DNA of 45,012 bases from Thraustochytrium aureum (lineage: Eukaryota): contig BLSG01000322.1 of assembly GCA_012862495.1 (NCBI GenBank), forward strand, positions 91,812 to 136,823, read 5' to 3'. Shown here in pieces: positions 33,501 through 44,448 of this stretch; the stretch's first letter is position 1; each line of letters begins with the position of its first letter. Below the pieces are notes generated by a model. It was not told where the DNA came from. It saw only the letters and a list, made by a program, of their open reading frames with translations, and did not search any database. Both the position numbers and the translations under genes were made by a program.

Positions 33501-34841
33501 TCGCGACTGGATACGGACCCTCGCGAGCTTGTCGAGTCCGTCGTGATTGGGGACCTCTCCTGGGGCCCGCGACCGCCGTCGTGCGATTGCGGATCCGCTG
33601 CGCTGCGACCTCGCTCGCCATCACCAGACTGGGCGCCCTGGTCTCGAGAGGCGCCCGCTGTTTGAGCCGATGCGCGGCTCGCGAGAGGGACGAGCCCGGC
33701 GGCGTCCCGGCCAACGCCAGTGGCGCCAAACCCTACTTCATCCCCAGCGGAACCAAGACGCCGGCTTAGAAGGGAGGCCTCAGGGTCCGCTTCCAACCCG
33801 CTCGTCCAGTCGGAACTCGACTTGCGAACGTCCCAGACGCAGATGCAGCGCTCGTCTAAGGTTATTGCGGCCAGGAGCCCTGGGCGCACTGGCGACCACG
33901 AAATCTCGGTGATTGTTTTCGAGCCGCAGGATATTGCCACCACGGCAGTGTCCAGCTTGCGGATGTCCCAGGTTTTGATTTGGCCCTCCTCGGAAAACGT
34001 TGCAAGGCACTCGGGCGGACCCTGGGGTCAAAGCAGACCCCGCGCACGGACTTGGAGTGCGCCACCACGGAGAGCGGCGCGGGTCTGCCGGAGGCCCCNN
34101 NNNNNNNNNNNNNNNNNNNNNNNNNNNNNNNNNNNNNNNNNNNNNNNNNNNNNNNNNNNNNNNNNNNNNNNNNNNNNNNNNNNNNNNNNNNNNNNNNNNN
34201 NNNNNNNNNNNNNNNNNNNNNNNNNNNNNNNNNNNNNNNNNNNNNNNNNNNNNNNNNNNNNNNNNNNNNNNNNNNNNNNNNNNNNNNNNNNNGAGCGCTG
34301 GCAGCGCCTCACTCACGTCCCAAACAAGGATGCTGTTGTCGTTGCGGAGCTTGTCAAGCCCGCAGACGAGCATGTTTGGCATTTCCGGGTTCCACGCCAC
34401 CGCGTTGCACTGCCTGCCATACGCAGGGACAAATGTGTGGACGACACCGCTGGGATCCTTGGTTTGGTGGAACGTCACAAGCTGCACCGTTCCAGAAATG
34501 TCGCCTGTGGCGACGAGCTTGCGGTCCGCGAGGCCCGGGTACCAGTCGATGCAGCGCACCGCACGCTTCAAGCTTCGAACTTTAACGAGGTTTGTCCGTA
34601 GCTTCTGCGGCGGGTTGGCCTCGCCTTCCACAGCGTGGGCCATCGCGCCGCCATTGTGCCCTCCGCCACTACCACTGGTGCCGTTGTTCAGGCTCCCGCC
34701 AAACACGTCCCCTTCCTCCCCGGGCTGAACCGCGCTTTGTGCGCTCGCCTCCAGCAACCGCAGCTCGGAGGAGAAGGCGACAACAAACTCGTTCGTCTTG
34801 TGTGGAGACCACTGGACCACCGGCCTGGACCGCTTCATCAT
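30512..34841 (-). CDS. MIOS: GATOR2 complex subunit MIOS/Mio/Sea4 (WD40 propeller, alpha-solenoid, zinc finger); interrupted by 2 gaps and several frameshifts; 3' end lies in the gap 29828-30511
   Basis: N-terminal VVQWSPHKTNEFVV..SELRL, RQCNAVAWNP..NMLVCGLDKLRND.SILVWD and AHSKSVRGVCFDP. Middle DYQRMAALAVFYCDL. C-terminal DRIAFACRFL, GHLDGVILTGL, YVDHTGDVQTAA, YRDLLNVWQLWQERARFD and CTHC...CPRC. Confidence 0.9.
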
Positions 34842-35643
34842 CCCTTACTGGTCGGCGAGGCCAACCTCCACGAGCCTGGTCCCCGCCGCCAGCAGGAGCT
34901 TCCCGGGCGTGTCTTCCCGCCCCAGCTCGCCGGCTTCAGGCTCCCGTTAAGGCCCCGCGAGGCGTGTCCACCACCAGGTCTCGCGCCAAGAGCCGAAAAA
35001 CCAAGCGACCAAACCAGCAAAACAGCGGGAACAGAAAAAANNNNNNNNNNNNNNNNNNNNNNNNNNNNNNNNNNNNNNNNNNNNNNNNNNNNNNNNNNNN
35101 NNNNNNNNNNNNNNNNNNNNNNNNNNNNNNNNNNNNNNNNNNNNNNNNNNNNNNNNNNNNNNNNNNNNNNNNNNNNNNNNNNNNNNNNNNNNNNNNNNNN
35201 NNNNNNNNNNNNNNNNNNNNNNNNNNNNNNNNNNNNNNNNNNNNNNNNNNNNNNNNNNNNNNNNNNNNNNNNNNNNNNNNNNNNNNNNNNNNNNNNNNNN
35301 NNNNNNNNNNNNNNNNNNNNNNNNNNNNNNNNNNNNNNNNNNNNNNNNNNNNNNNNNNNNNNNNNNNNNNNNNNNNNNNNNNNNNNNNNNNNNNNNNNNN
35401 NNNNNNNNNNNNNNNNNNNNNNNNNNNNNNNNNNNNNNNNNNNNNNNNNNNNNNNNNNNNNNNNNNNNNNNNNNNNNNNNNNNNNNNNNNNNNNNNNNNN
35501 NNNNNNNNNNNNNNNNNNNNNNNNNNNNNNNNNNNNNNNNNNNNNNNNNNNNNNNNNNNNNNNNNNNNNNNNNNNNNNNNNNNNNNNNNNNNNNNNNNNN
35601 NNNNNNNNNNNNNNNNNNNNNNNNNNNNNNNNNNNNNNNNNNN

Positions 35644-38600
35644 CCTTGCTCCCCGCTAGCTTTGTCTCCGCCGCAGGAAATGCGGTTCTCAAGAGCGGCG
35701 CGCAGGTGCGAGTCTTGCTCAAAGAACCCGCCGGGGCTGCTCTCGCGGCCGACCTGGCGCTGCCAAAGCGGCGCCACATCAAGTTTCACCTCGTGGGCGG
35801 CCAGACTGTGCTCATGTCGCGGCGTGACTTTGGCGGAATTAGCTTGCTGACCCAAGCGCTTGCAACGGTTGGGCAGAGCCCTGCCCAGATGGTCAACACG
35901 ATCTTCACGTTCAAGACGGGCGACTTTATCGAGGAGCAGGACCTCCCGGAGCTCGTATCGCGCCACCTCGCCCCAGAAGGCGTCGGGTCGGCAGGGCAAG
36001 TGCGCTTGATGCGCCAGCTCTTGGAGCGTGCGTTTTACGCGTTTGACAACGCTGCTTCGGGCAAGGTGCTCTGCCGCGACTTCCTCGCCGCGCTCCTAAT
36101 GCTCTCCGACGGGGAGCAGCTGCAAAAGTTTGCCTTCATGTTCCAGCTGTTTGACTCGAACGGGGACGAGTTCGCGAGCGCGCAGCAACTCGCGCGACTA
36201 ATCCGCGCTCTGCTCACGCTCACGCTCGCTATCAATGCGGGCATGTCCAAACTACCTGCCCGATACGTCTACGGCTTGATCGACGAGACGTCGGAGGCAA
36301 TCTCCTCGTCCATGCACCGCGCTCTGGAGACTGCAGAGTGCCCCGGATCGCTCTCGCTGCCGGAGTTTCTCGTCTGGTACAGACGCGCGGGCCGCACGCT
36401 CATGCCGTGGGTCGAGGTACTCACGAAACCCTCTGTAGCAACCAACCTGCTTGAGTGGGTGCTGGCCAACCCGCAAGTCGACTACGCTGCCGTCGCGCCG
36501 TTTGTTGACGACACGCTCTTCGGCAACCAAACCCCGTCCGCTTCGCGAACTGGATCCAAAGGCCACTTTACGTTCAGCACACAGGGGCACCCGAAGCCCT
36601 TGTCTGCTCCTTGGGCCAAGCCCGAGGCGCGCCAGCTCGCCATAACCGCAGCGACCGAGGATCACGGCTACGACGACGACGACGACGATGAGGACGACGA
36701 TGAGGACGACGACGAAGCAACGGAAGACGAGGCCACTGAAGGCGACGAAGACGAAGGTGAAGAGGACCTCGACGAATCTGGGCAAGCCAGCGTTAGAGTC
36801 GACCCGGGGCTGGCTGAATCCGACTCAGAGCGCGGCACTGCCGACCATCCCAACCGAGGCGGCGACAGCGGTCCAAGGGATGAGTTTCTGTTTCGGTTCG
36901 ACCTCGTCGGAGGAGAGCTCATCCTGCTCCAAGGCGATGCAGAGCAACTCGATCTTGTGGCCAACATGACAAACTTTGCCAGTATTTCAGTCGACTCGTT
37001 GCACTCGCACTTCCTGGAGCATGGCGCGCGCGGCGACGGCATGCTAGACAAGAGCGGCTTCGATGCTTGCATCCGCGAGCTGGTCCCGCGCGAGACGTTG
37101 GAAAAGCAGGAGCAGCGCTACCTGTCGTACACGCTCTCCACGATTTTCTACGCGTTCGACCGGGACAAGCGCGGCCTCGTCCCTATGGACGAGTTCCTGA
37201 GCGGGTTCAGCCTCATGGTGAAGGGAGACAAATCGACCAAGCTTGCGCTAGCCTGGGGCCTCTTTGACAAGGAAGGCAACGGCGAGCTGGACCGCATTGC
37301 AGTGGTTCGCTTCGTCCGGTCCCCACTGACGATACTCTTTGCTTTGCAAAAGCACGCCACGAAATTGAACGGCGACGAAATCTACTCGGCGATCGACTCC
37401 ACCGCGGTCCAGGTCGCGCGAGACCTGTTCCAGTTTCACGGCAAAGCGGACGGCGACTTGGTCACGTTCTCGGAGTTTGGCAGCTGGTACAACGAGGGCG
37501 GAGGGATCGACCTCATCGCATGGATTGAGCTCCTGGACCTCAGCAAGTGGCCGATCGAGCTGGGCGGCCAGCAGCAAGCAGGACATCCCGCGCAAGAGGC
37601 GCGCACGGAGCGCGAGCTGATGCAGCAGCCCAGCGTCGACCTCGACGCAGAGAGCGAGTTTGTTGACAGCACAAGCGAAGGTTCCGCTGATCTGGCGTCC
37701 GTAGTGTTTCGCATCCCGCTCGGCACCGACGAGGAAGACGAGGTGCTCGTGTTCACGCGCGAAGACGTCGCGTACCTTGAAGACGTCCTCGTGAGGACGG
37801 ACCTCGAGCAGATCGAGCCAGATGAGATTCACGCCGCCCTTTTGCGCGACTCGCGCGGGTCTGACATCACGATCAGCCGCGACTCGTTCCTTTCTTGCTT
37901 GAAGAGCCTCCTCGAGTTTGACGAGCTCCCCGAGGAAGAGTGGGAGCCGATCGAGCTTGTGCTGGTCGAGTTCTTCTCGCTGTATGACAAGTCCTCCGAG
38001 GGGCGCGCTTCGACCGAGGAAATCGCTTGTGGGCTCAGCATGCTGACTGGAGGCAAGAAGAGCGACAAGCTAGCGCTTGGCTTTGGTTTGTTTGACCGCG
38101 ACCGCGACGGCCATCTCAACACCGCGGAGCTGCAGCGGTTTCTGTGCGCGCTCCTTTTGGGGCTCTACGGCCTGACAAACCAGGTTGTCTCCACGCCGCG
38201 CGCGCGGATCTGGCTCATTGCTTCCGGGTCGACGCAAAAGGCTGCGCAGCGGATCCTCCGCGAAGTCTCGCTCTCGTCTCTTGTGCCGAGGGATGATTCG
38301 GAGGTGGTTGACCGCGTGTCGTTCGACGAGTTTGCCGAGTGGTATGCCGATGGGGGCTTTGAGATAATCCCCTGGGTCGAGCTGTATGACCTGCAAAAGT
38401 GGCCTCTCGATGCCTGTTTGTGGAGGATTCTGATCTCGGAGACGGCGACGACGAGGGGATCCATGTCAACAGTGGCAGAGGCGCGCCCGTTGAGAATAGC
38501 GCGGCTGGGGAGGTACGCGTGCAAGCTGAACTTTCGTCCGCAGAGGGAACGGCCCCTCCGTCCCCTTCCCCGATTGCCTCCACGTCGCCGCAAGTCGGGC

Positions 38601-40533
38601 CAAAGCCGATCACGATCCCACGCTCCAACGTGGTGCTCAGTTTCTCCCTGAGCGAATCTCGCAAAGTGAAGCTGGACATCTCGGAGCGCGACGTGGTCTG
38701 TGTGGGCGAGATGGCTGCCCTCTCTGGGCTTGAGAATGTCACCGCTCGCGAGCTGGAGAAGGAGCTAGCCCGCCACGCGGACGCCTCCGGGGCAATCTCC
38801 GACGAGGCGTTTGGCGAGTTCCTGGACGAGCAGCTTGCAAGGAGCCCGCGCGAGCTCTCTGCCGCGGAGCGCCAGCGGTTGCGGACCAACTTCGTTTCAG
38901 TCTACTATGTGTGCAGCAAGGCGGAGGAGGGGCCCGTGACGCTGGGTCGCCTCCTTTGCAGCGTGCTGTTCTTCGCGGCGGGAAAGAAAAGCGACAAGCT
39001 TAACCGCGCCTTTGCCGCGTTCGACGACGACGACGACGGCCTCCTCACGCGCGGCCAGCTGTTTAGCTTTTTCATGTCGTTCCTCGTTGGGTTGAGCGCG
39101 ACTCGGGTCTGCAGCGGGGAGCAAGTGCTTTCCACGTTGGAAGAAAAGTCTCGCATCGACGCAATATCAGAGTGCGTTATTGCGCTGACGGCGAACATCC
39201 TCACGGAGACGCCGGAGCGCGAGCGCGAGGGCCACATCGACTTTGCTACCTTTGCGGACTGGTACACGGAGCGTCGTGGGTACGCGCTTATCCCGTGGCT
39301 CGAGCTGCTGGACTTGCGCAAGTGGAAGATGGCCTTGACGCGGTCGTCCAGTGCGACCCAGGTCGGAAACCCCGACGAGCAGGAAACGGCGCCTGGCCGC
39401 GATGCCCAAGCGGTCGCCGCTATCCGGCCCAAGAGCTGGGCTTTGGCACGAAAGCGGCGCATTTTGCGGCTGCGCGAGTGCAGCGNNNNNNNNNNNNNNN
39501 NNNNNNNNNNNNNNNNNNNNNNNNNNNNNNNNNNNNNNNNNNNNNNNNNNNNNNNNNNNNNNNNNNNNNNNNNNNNNNNNNNNNNNNNNNNNNNNNNNNN
39601 NNNNNNNNNNNNNNNNNNNNNNNNNNNNNNNNNNNNNNNNNNNNNNNNNNNNNNNNNNNNNNNNNNNNNNNNNNNNNNNNNNNNNNNNNNNNNNNNNNNN
39701 CGGCTGCGCGAGTGCAGCGCCAGGACGTGCGAGCTCCTGGCCCGGCGAGCCCTGCTAGTGCGGGCGACGGCCCGAGGCATGACGAGGCTGTCTTCGTTTT
39801 CGATCTGGATGACGCAGCCCAGCAGCTCGTGTTTTCCAGAAACGACCTTGCACGCTTGCAGCGCCTCGTCGAACTCTCGCGGTTTGACCAACTGGCCCCC
39901 GACCGTGTGTTTGCTCTGTTCGGGGCGGCCAAGTCCCGCGGCCCGGAGACGGACGGGGCCGCGGGTGCGAGCAAAGGCGACGACGAGTTTTTTGTGACCA
40001 AAGCTGCTTTCGACAGCGTCATCCGGTCGCTGATCGACGGCGGATCGCTGACCGGGGACGACAAGCGCTTCCTTTCGGTGTTCCTGTCGAGCATTTTTTC
40101 TGCTTTCGACAGGGCCAACGAACGTCGCGTTCCGCTCGTGGCCTTTTGCAGCGGGATGCTACTTCTGACCGAGGGGTCGAAGAGCGACAAGCTCTCCCTG
40201 GCCTTTGACGTCTTCGACCGGAACAATGACAAGGCGCTCTCGCGAGCCCAGCTTGAGCGTTTCCTGGGCTCGTTCCTCACGATATTGTTCGCGCTCAATG
40301 AGGAGTCCTGTCTCCGCCCTGCAGAAGAGGTCTGGGTCGTCGTAGACGAGTGTGTCTCAGGACTGGCGGGGGTCATTTTTGACGACCTCCACTTGTCTCC
40401 CGCCAAGGACCGCGTGTCGTTTCGCGACTTTGCGTCCTGGTACACGGACCGGGGCGGCCACAAGACGATTCCGTGGCTCGAGTTGCTCAACCTCCACAAG
40501 TTCCTGCGAGCGAGCGCGGAACACGCAGAGTAG
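35644..40533 (+). CDS. Large protein with five tandem NCS/recoverin/calcineurin-B-like EF-hand modules; N-terminus in a gap; frameshifts at ~38405 and ~39420
   Basis: Repeated GxKSDKLxxAFxxFDxDxDG motif and a module-closing (I/M)PW(L/V/I)EL(L/Y)DLxKW motif at ~36405, 37521, 38370, 39293 and 40471; stop TAG at 40531-40533. Confidence 0.85.
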
Positions 40534-40956
40534 GCTGAATTATATATGCGCATCATTTATAGAGCCGTGCGGTCGTCCCGCGGCCAGCGAGGTCGACGGA
40601 CCCGAGTTGCTTGCCGCAGCTGCAACCTGAGCCGTTCGTCCTCTCCCGAGTATTGCAACGTTCGCTTTCCAGTCATTGGAGCGGAGCCGGGCAGCTGCCT
40701 GCCGCTCCCTGTGCGTGCAGCGTTGTATGTGGAGAGGTCCACATACATCGCAAAGCCGAAGGGTGGTTGGGCGGCAAGCAAGGAGGCAGGTTGGTAGAGT
40801 AGATACTAATAGCAGCTTCGCCCGCGATAAAAAGTGGGGCTTGTGCTATATGTAGTCGGGCAGGAGCGACGGCTCGGACCGGTCCGCCAAACCCTCTCCG
40901 CGGCAACGAAGGAAGGAAGAAAACGAAGAAAGCGTAGAGTGGCCGCACTCTCGCCT

Positions 40957-42714
40957 CTACTTGCGCTCCGATTCCCACTCGAGCTTTTGCACATGCTGCT
41001 CAAGGCTGTTGTCGAGGACCTTGTCGAAGAGCGACTTGGTGAGCGTGGCGTTCTCAGAGCCGTATGCGGCCGCCTGCCAGCCAATCGCCAACTTGGCGAT
41101 CTCGCGCCCCGAGTACCCGTTGGTACGCTCAGCCACCTTGTCGAGGAGAGACTCGTCGACGCCGTCGATCTTGATGCGCTCTGGCCCGGAAAACATGCCG
41201 CCCCCTGCCGTCTCGTGCGCGTTCGCGACATACTTGTCAAAGTAGAACTGGAGCATCTTCTTGCGCTCGTCCACGCCCGGGAGCTCAAAGCGGATGAGCT
41301 CGTCCGTGCGGTCGTTCACTGCCCAGTCGAGCTGCTCGGGCTCGTTGGTGGCATACACGACCATAAACTTGCGGCTCTCGGTACCCGTGCGGTACAAAAA
41401 GGCGTTGAGAGCGTTGCGCTGGTCCTCGCTCATGCCGCCCTCCGAGCGCTTGCGCAGGAAGGCGTCAGCTTCGTCGACGAACACGAGCAGGCCCTTGCGG
41501 CTCGTGCCAGCCCAGTCAAAGAGCTTGTGGATTTCCGTAACGGCGTCGCGGCCGAGAGGGGCCACGTCTCCGCCGGTGAGAATGGCATAGTCCATGCCCG
41601 AGGAGGCGGCAAGCTTTTTGGCGAACAGGGTCTTGCCCGTCCCAGGCGGGCCGTAGAGCATCGCGTGGCGGTACGGCGCCCCGTTCTTCTTGGTGTTGCT
41701 TGTCGAGATCGAGAGCGTCGAGAGGCGGTCGCGGAGCTTTGGCTCGACCACGACACCGTCGAGGGCAGCTCCGCGGCTCCCAACGAGGGACTTGAGGGTC
41801 TTGATCGGGTTGAGCACGGTGGTGCGCGAGGTCTCGCGAACGAGCGGGGGCTTGCCGAGGCGCGCCTCCACGAAGCGGCCGAGCACGGCGGTGGTCGAGC
41901 GGGCGCCGTAGATGCCGACGGCAACCATGGTGAAGAGGCCCACGGTGGTGGCAAGCTTTTGCTTGTCCTCCATGTAGCTGTTAAACCCGTTGCCGATCAT
42001 GGTGCCGGCCTCCTTGACGCTCTGCAGCACCGTGGAGCGCAGCTCACGAGCCTCCATTTGGCTGCGCTGCATGTGCAAGTCCCAGTTCTTGCGCTCCTGG
42101 TCGGCCTTGCCTTCCATCTCGGCTTGCACGCGCGCGCGCTCGGTGTCCTTGCGGAGCTTGGCTTCGTACTCTGCGGTCTGGCGCTTCATGCCCTCGACGC
42201 GAAGCTGAAAGTCCTCCTCGCGCTTGAGTTGCTGCTCGCGCATCTGGCGCTGGGCGGCGAGCTGGTCTTGGTGCCGCTTGCGGGACAGCTGGTCCTGGTA
42301 GTAGGCCTGCTCCTGCTGCATCTTGTGCTCCTGCTGGAGGGTCTGCCGCCGCTCGGCCTCCTGGGCGCGCGTGCGCTCGACCTCCATGGCCTTTTGCTGG
42401 ACCTTGCTCTGCTCCGCCTCGGCGATCGCCTGCTTGGCGCGCCGGTCCTCCTTGAGCTTGGCGATGGTGATCGCCTCGCCCGCAAACTTCAGCCCCTCGA
42501 GCTCCTTGGCCGCCTTGGCGGCACGTTCCAGAGCCTTGGCATCAAACGCGGGCAGCGACCCGACCTCGGCGCGGCTCGACTCGTCCGCGGCCTCGTCAGC
42601 GAACAGCGACCCGGCGGTCTCTTTCGCCGACTTGGTCTCCTGCGCCTTGAACGCGGCGGGATCCATCGTCTCGCCAGCCTCGTCCGCCTTCTTCGACCCT
42701 CCAAATGGCCACAT
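40957..42714 (-). CDS. ATAD3: ATPase family AAA domain-containing protein 3 (mitochondrial)
   Basis: N-terminal FDAKALERAAKAAKEL, coiled coil, TM segment, EARLGKPPLVRETSR, Walker A GPPGTGKT, TGGDVAPLG, Walker B VFVDEADAFLRKR, NALNAFLYRTG. Confidence 0.96.
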   Translation of the reverse strand: MWPFGGSKKADEAGETMDPAAFKAQETKSAKETAGSLFADEAADESSRAEVGSLPAFDAKALERAAKAAKELEGLKFAGEAITIAKLKEDRRAKQAIAEAEQSKVQQKAMEVERTRAQEAERRQTLQQEHKMQQEQAYYQDQLSRKRHQDQLAAQRQMREQQLKREEDFQLRVEGMKRQTAEYEAKLRKDTERARVQAEMEGKADQERKNWDLHMQRSQMEARELRSTVLQSVKEAGTMIGNGFNSYMEDKQKLATTVGLFTMVAVGIYGARSTTAVLGRFVEARLGKPPLVRETSRTTVLNPIKTLKSLVGSRGAALDGVVVEPKLRDRLSTLSISTSNTKKNGAPYRHAMLYGPPGTGKTLFAKKLAASSGMDYAILTGGDVAPLGRDAVTEIHKLFDWAGTSRKGLLVFVDEADAFLRKRSEGGMSEDQRNALNAFLYRTGTESRKFMVVYATNEPEQLDWAVNDRTDELIRFELPGVDERKKMLQFYFDKYVANAHETAGGGMFSGPERIKIDGVDESLLDKVAERTNGYSGREIAKLAIGWQAAAYGSENATLTKSLFDKVLDNSLEQHVQKLEWESERK

Positions 42715-43057
42715 CCTGCCTGCCCGTTCGCGCTTTCACGGCTTGCCTGCGTCCCGTGTGTCCTTCCTCGGCTCCCTTCGCGCGATGGATTGACGCGTGC
42801 GCCAACCTGCCTGCCTCGCTGTCCTCCTTCCTTCCTTCGCTTTCGGGTCTGCTGCGACCTCTGCGTCAAAGCCATTGTTTGTACGTCGTCGCTGTCCTCC
42901 AAAACCAACAAAACCAGCGCCTCCACCACGACCAAGTACCTCCTGCCTCGTTCATTCCTCTCACCAGGCCCTCCCATGACCTTTGTGACATCCACCGCGC
43001 CTCGGGCAGGCGGCGGCGCGCGACGCCGGGGCTCCGTGCACGGCTTCGCTCGAGAGG

Positions 43058-43097
43058 ACGCATGCATGGATGGACGCATGCATGGACGGATGGATGC
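43058..43097. repeat. Simple repeat (GGAT/GCAT)n adjacent to a gap
   Basis: acgcatgcatggatggacgcatgcatggacggatggatgc. Confidence 0.7.
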
Positions 43098-43731
43098 TTN
43101 NNNNNNNNNNNNNNNNNNNNNNNNNNNNNNNNNNNNNNNNNNNNNNNNNNNNNNNNNNNNNNNNNNNNNNNNNNNNNNNNNNNNNNNNNNNNNNNNNNNN
43201 NNNNNNNNNNNNNNNNNNNNNNNNNNNNNNNNNNNNNNNNNNNNNNNNNNNNNNNNNNNNNNNNNNNNNNNNNNNNNNNNNNNNNNNNNNNNNNNNNNNN
43301 NNNNNNNNNNNNNNNNNNNNNNNNNNNNNNNNNNNNNNNNNNNNNNNNNNNNNNNNNNNNNNNNNNNNNNNNNNNNNNNNNNNNNNNNNNNNNNNNNNNN
43401 NNNNNNNNNNNNNNNNNNNNNNNNNNNNNNNNNNNNNNNNNNNNNNNNNNNNNNNNNNNNNNNNNNNNNNNNNNNNNNNNNNNNNNNNNNNNNNNNNNNN
43501 NNNNNNCTCTACTTGTATGCACAGATGGCGACTGACTTGACTGACACACAGACCAGCAACCATCCTGAGCGCGCGCCAGACTGGTGAATCGAGGCGGTCA
43601 GGCTGGCGTGCCAGCTGCGTCGCGCGCGTACGTGGCCACGAATACGGTCGTGTTGGCGCCGCAGGCTCCGGCGACAGGTTGGACCTGCGTGCTTGCTCGG
43701 TTGGTGTGTTTGGAAAACGCGGTTTGGCGTG

Positions 43732-44448
43732 ATGGAGGTCGACGGCAAAGCGCTCGGCGGCCTCGCGAGCAAGCTGGACGCGCTGCTCGAGACGCTCGAA
43801 GAAGGGACGGCCGGCGAGATCAGAGAGGCGATAGGGGTGATCGAGCAGGCGCTGGAGAGGTTTGCGTTTGGGGAGCTCGCGCTTAGCTTCAACGGTGGCA
43901 AGGACTGCACCGTCGTGCTGCACCTGCTCCGTGCCGTGCTGGAGCGCAAATACGCCGCCGACCCCTCGCGGGCAGCGTCAAAGTTCAAGTTTGTGTACTT
44001 TAAGAAGGACGACGACTTTGAGGAAATGAGGCAGTTCGTCGAGGCCGTGAAGGCCAAGTACGAAATTCGCGTCGACGTTTACCCAAGCTCATACAAACTG
44101 GGGCTGCAAAAGATGGAGTCGGAGGGCTTCAAGGCGGTGCTCATGGGGCAGCGCAAGACGGATCCGTTTGGCGCCGGGCTCGACCACTTTACGCCGTGCA
44201 CCGAGGGCTGGCCGAACATTGTGCGCGTCAATCCCATCCTGAACTGGTCCTACTCTACAATTTGGACATTTCTGCGCGGCTGCGGGCTCGAGTACTGCAG
44301 CCTCTACGACGAGGGATACACGAGTCTTGGATCGGTTGCTTCGACCAAGCGCAACCCGATGCTCGTCAGCCCGAAGCACGCAGCGCCGAGGCCAGCGTAC
44401 GAGCTCGAGGATGGCGACCAGTTTGAGCGGGTGTCGCGCGAGAGTTGA
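43732..44448 (+). CDS. FAD synthase (FMN adenylyltransferase, PAPS-reductase fold), stand-alone Fad1-like form
   Basis: LSFNGGKDCTVVLHLL, MGQRKTDP, GWPNIVRVNPILNWSY..IWTFL, YCSLYDEGYTSLGS...T..NP.L...PAY.L....ER; first ATG at 43732. Confidence 0.93.
   Translation: MEVDGKALGGLASKLDALLETLEEGTAGEIREAIGVIEQALERFAFGELALSFNGGKDCTVVLHLLRAVLERKYAADPSRAASKFKFVYFKKDDDFEEMRQFVEAVKAKYEIRVDVYPSSYKLGLQKMESEGFKAVLMGQRKTDPFGAGLDHFTPCTEGWPNIVRVNPILNWSYSTIWTFLRGCGLEYCSLYDEGYTSLGSVASTKRNPMLVSPKHAAPRPAYELEDGDQFERVSRES

Noticed and set aside
1..40533. Programmed ribosomal frameshifting or mass pseudogenisation
   Set aside because: The slips go in both directions, cluster at homopolymers, share no slippery motif, and the affected genes retain intact catalytic motifs without scattered nonsense codons. 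Sequencing error is more parsimonious.
40834..43098. Very long antisense ORF opposite ATAD3 (and similar shadows opposite SWIB and other genes)
   Set aside because: Expected antisense shadow of strongly GC3-biased coding sequence.
2879..43923. Long ORFs running through N-gaps (poly-X translations)
   Set aside because: Artefacts of translating N runs; only the flanking parts assigned to real genes were kept.
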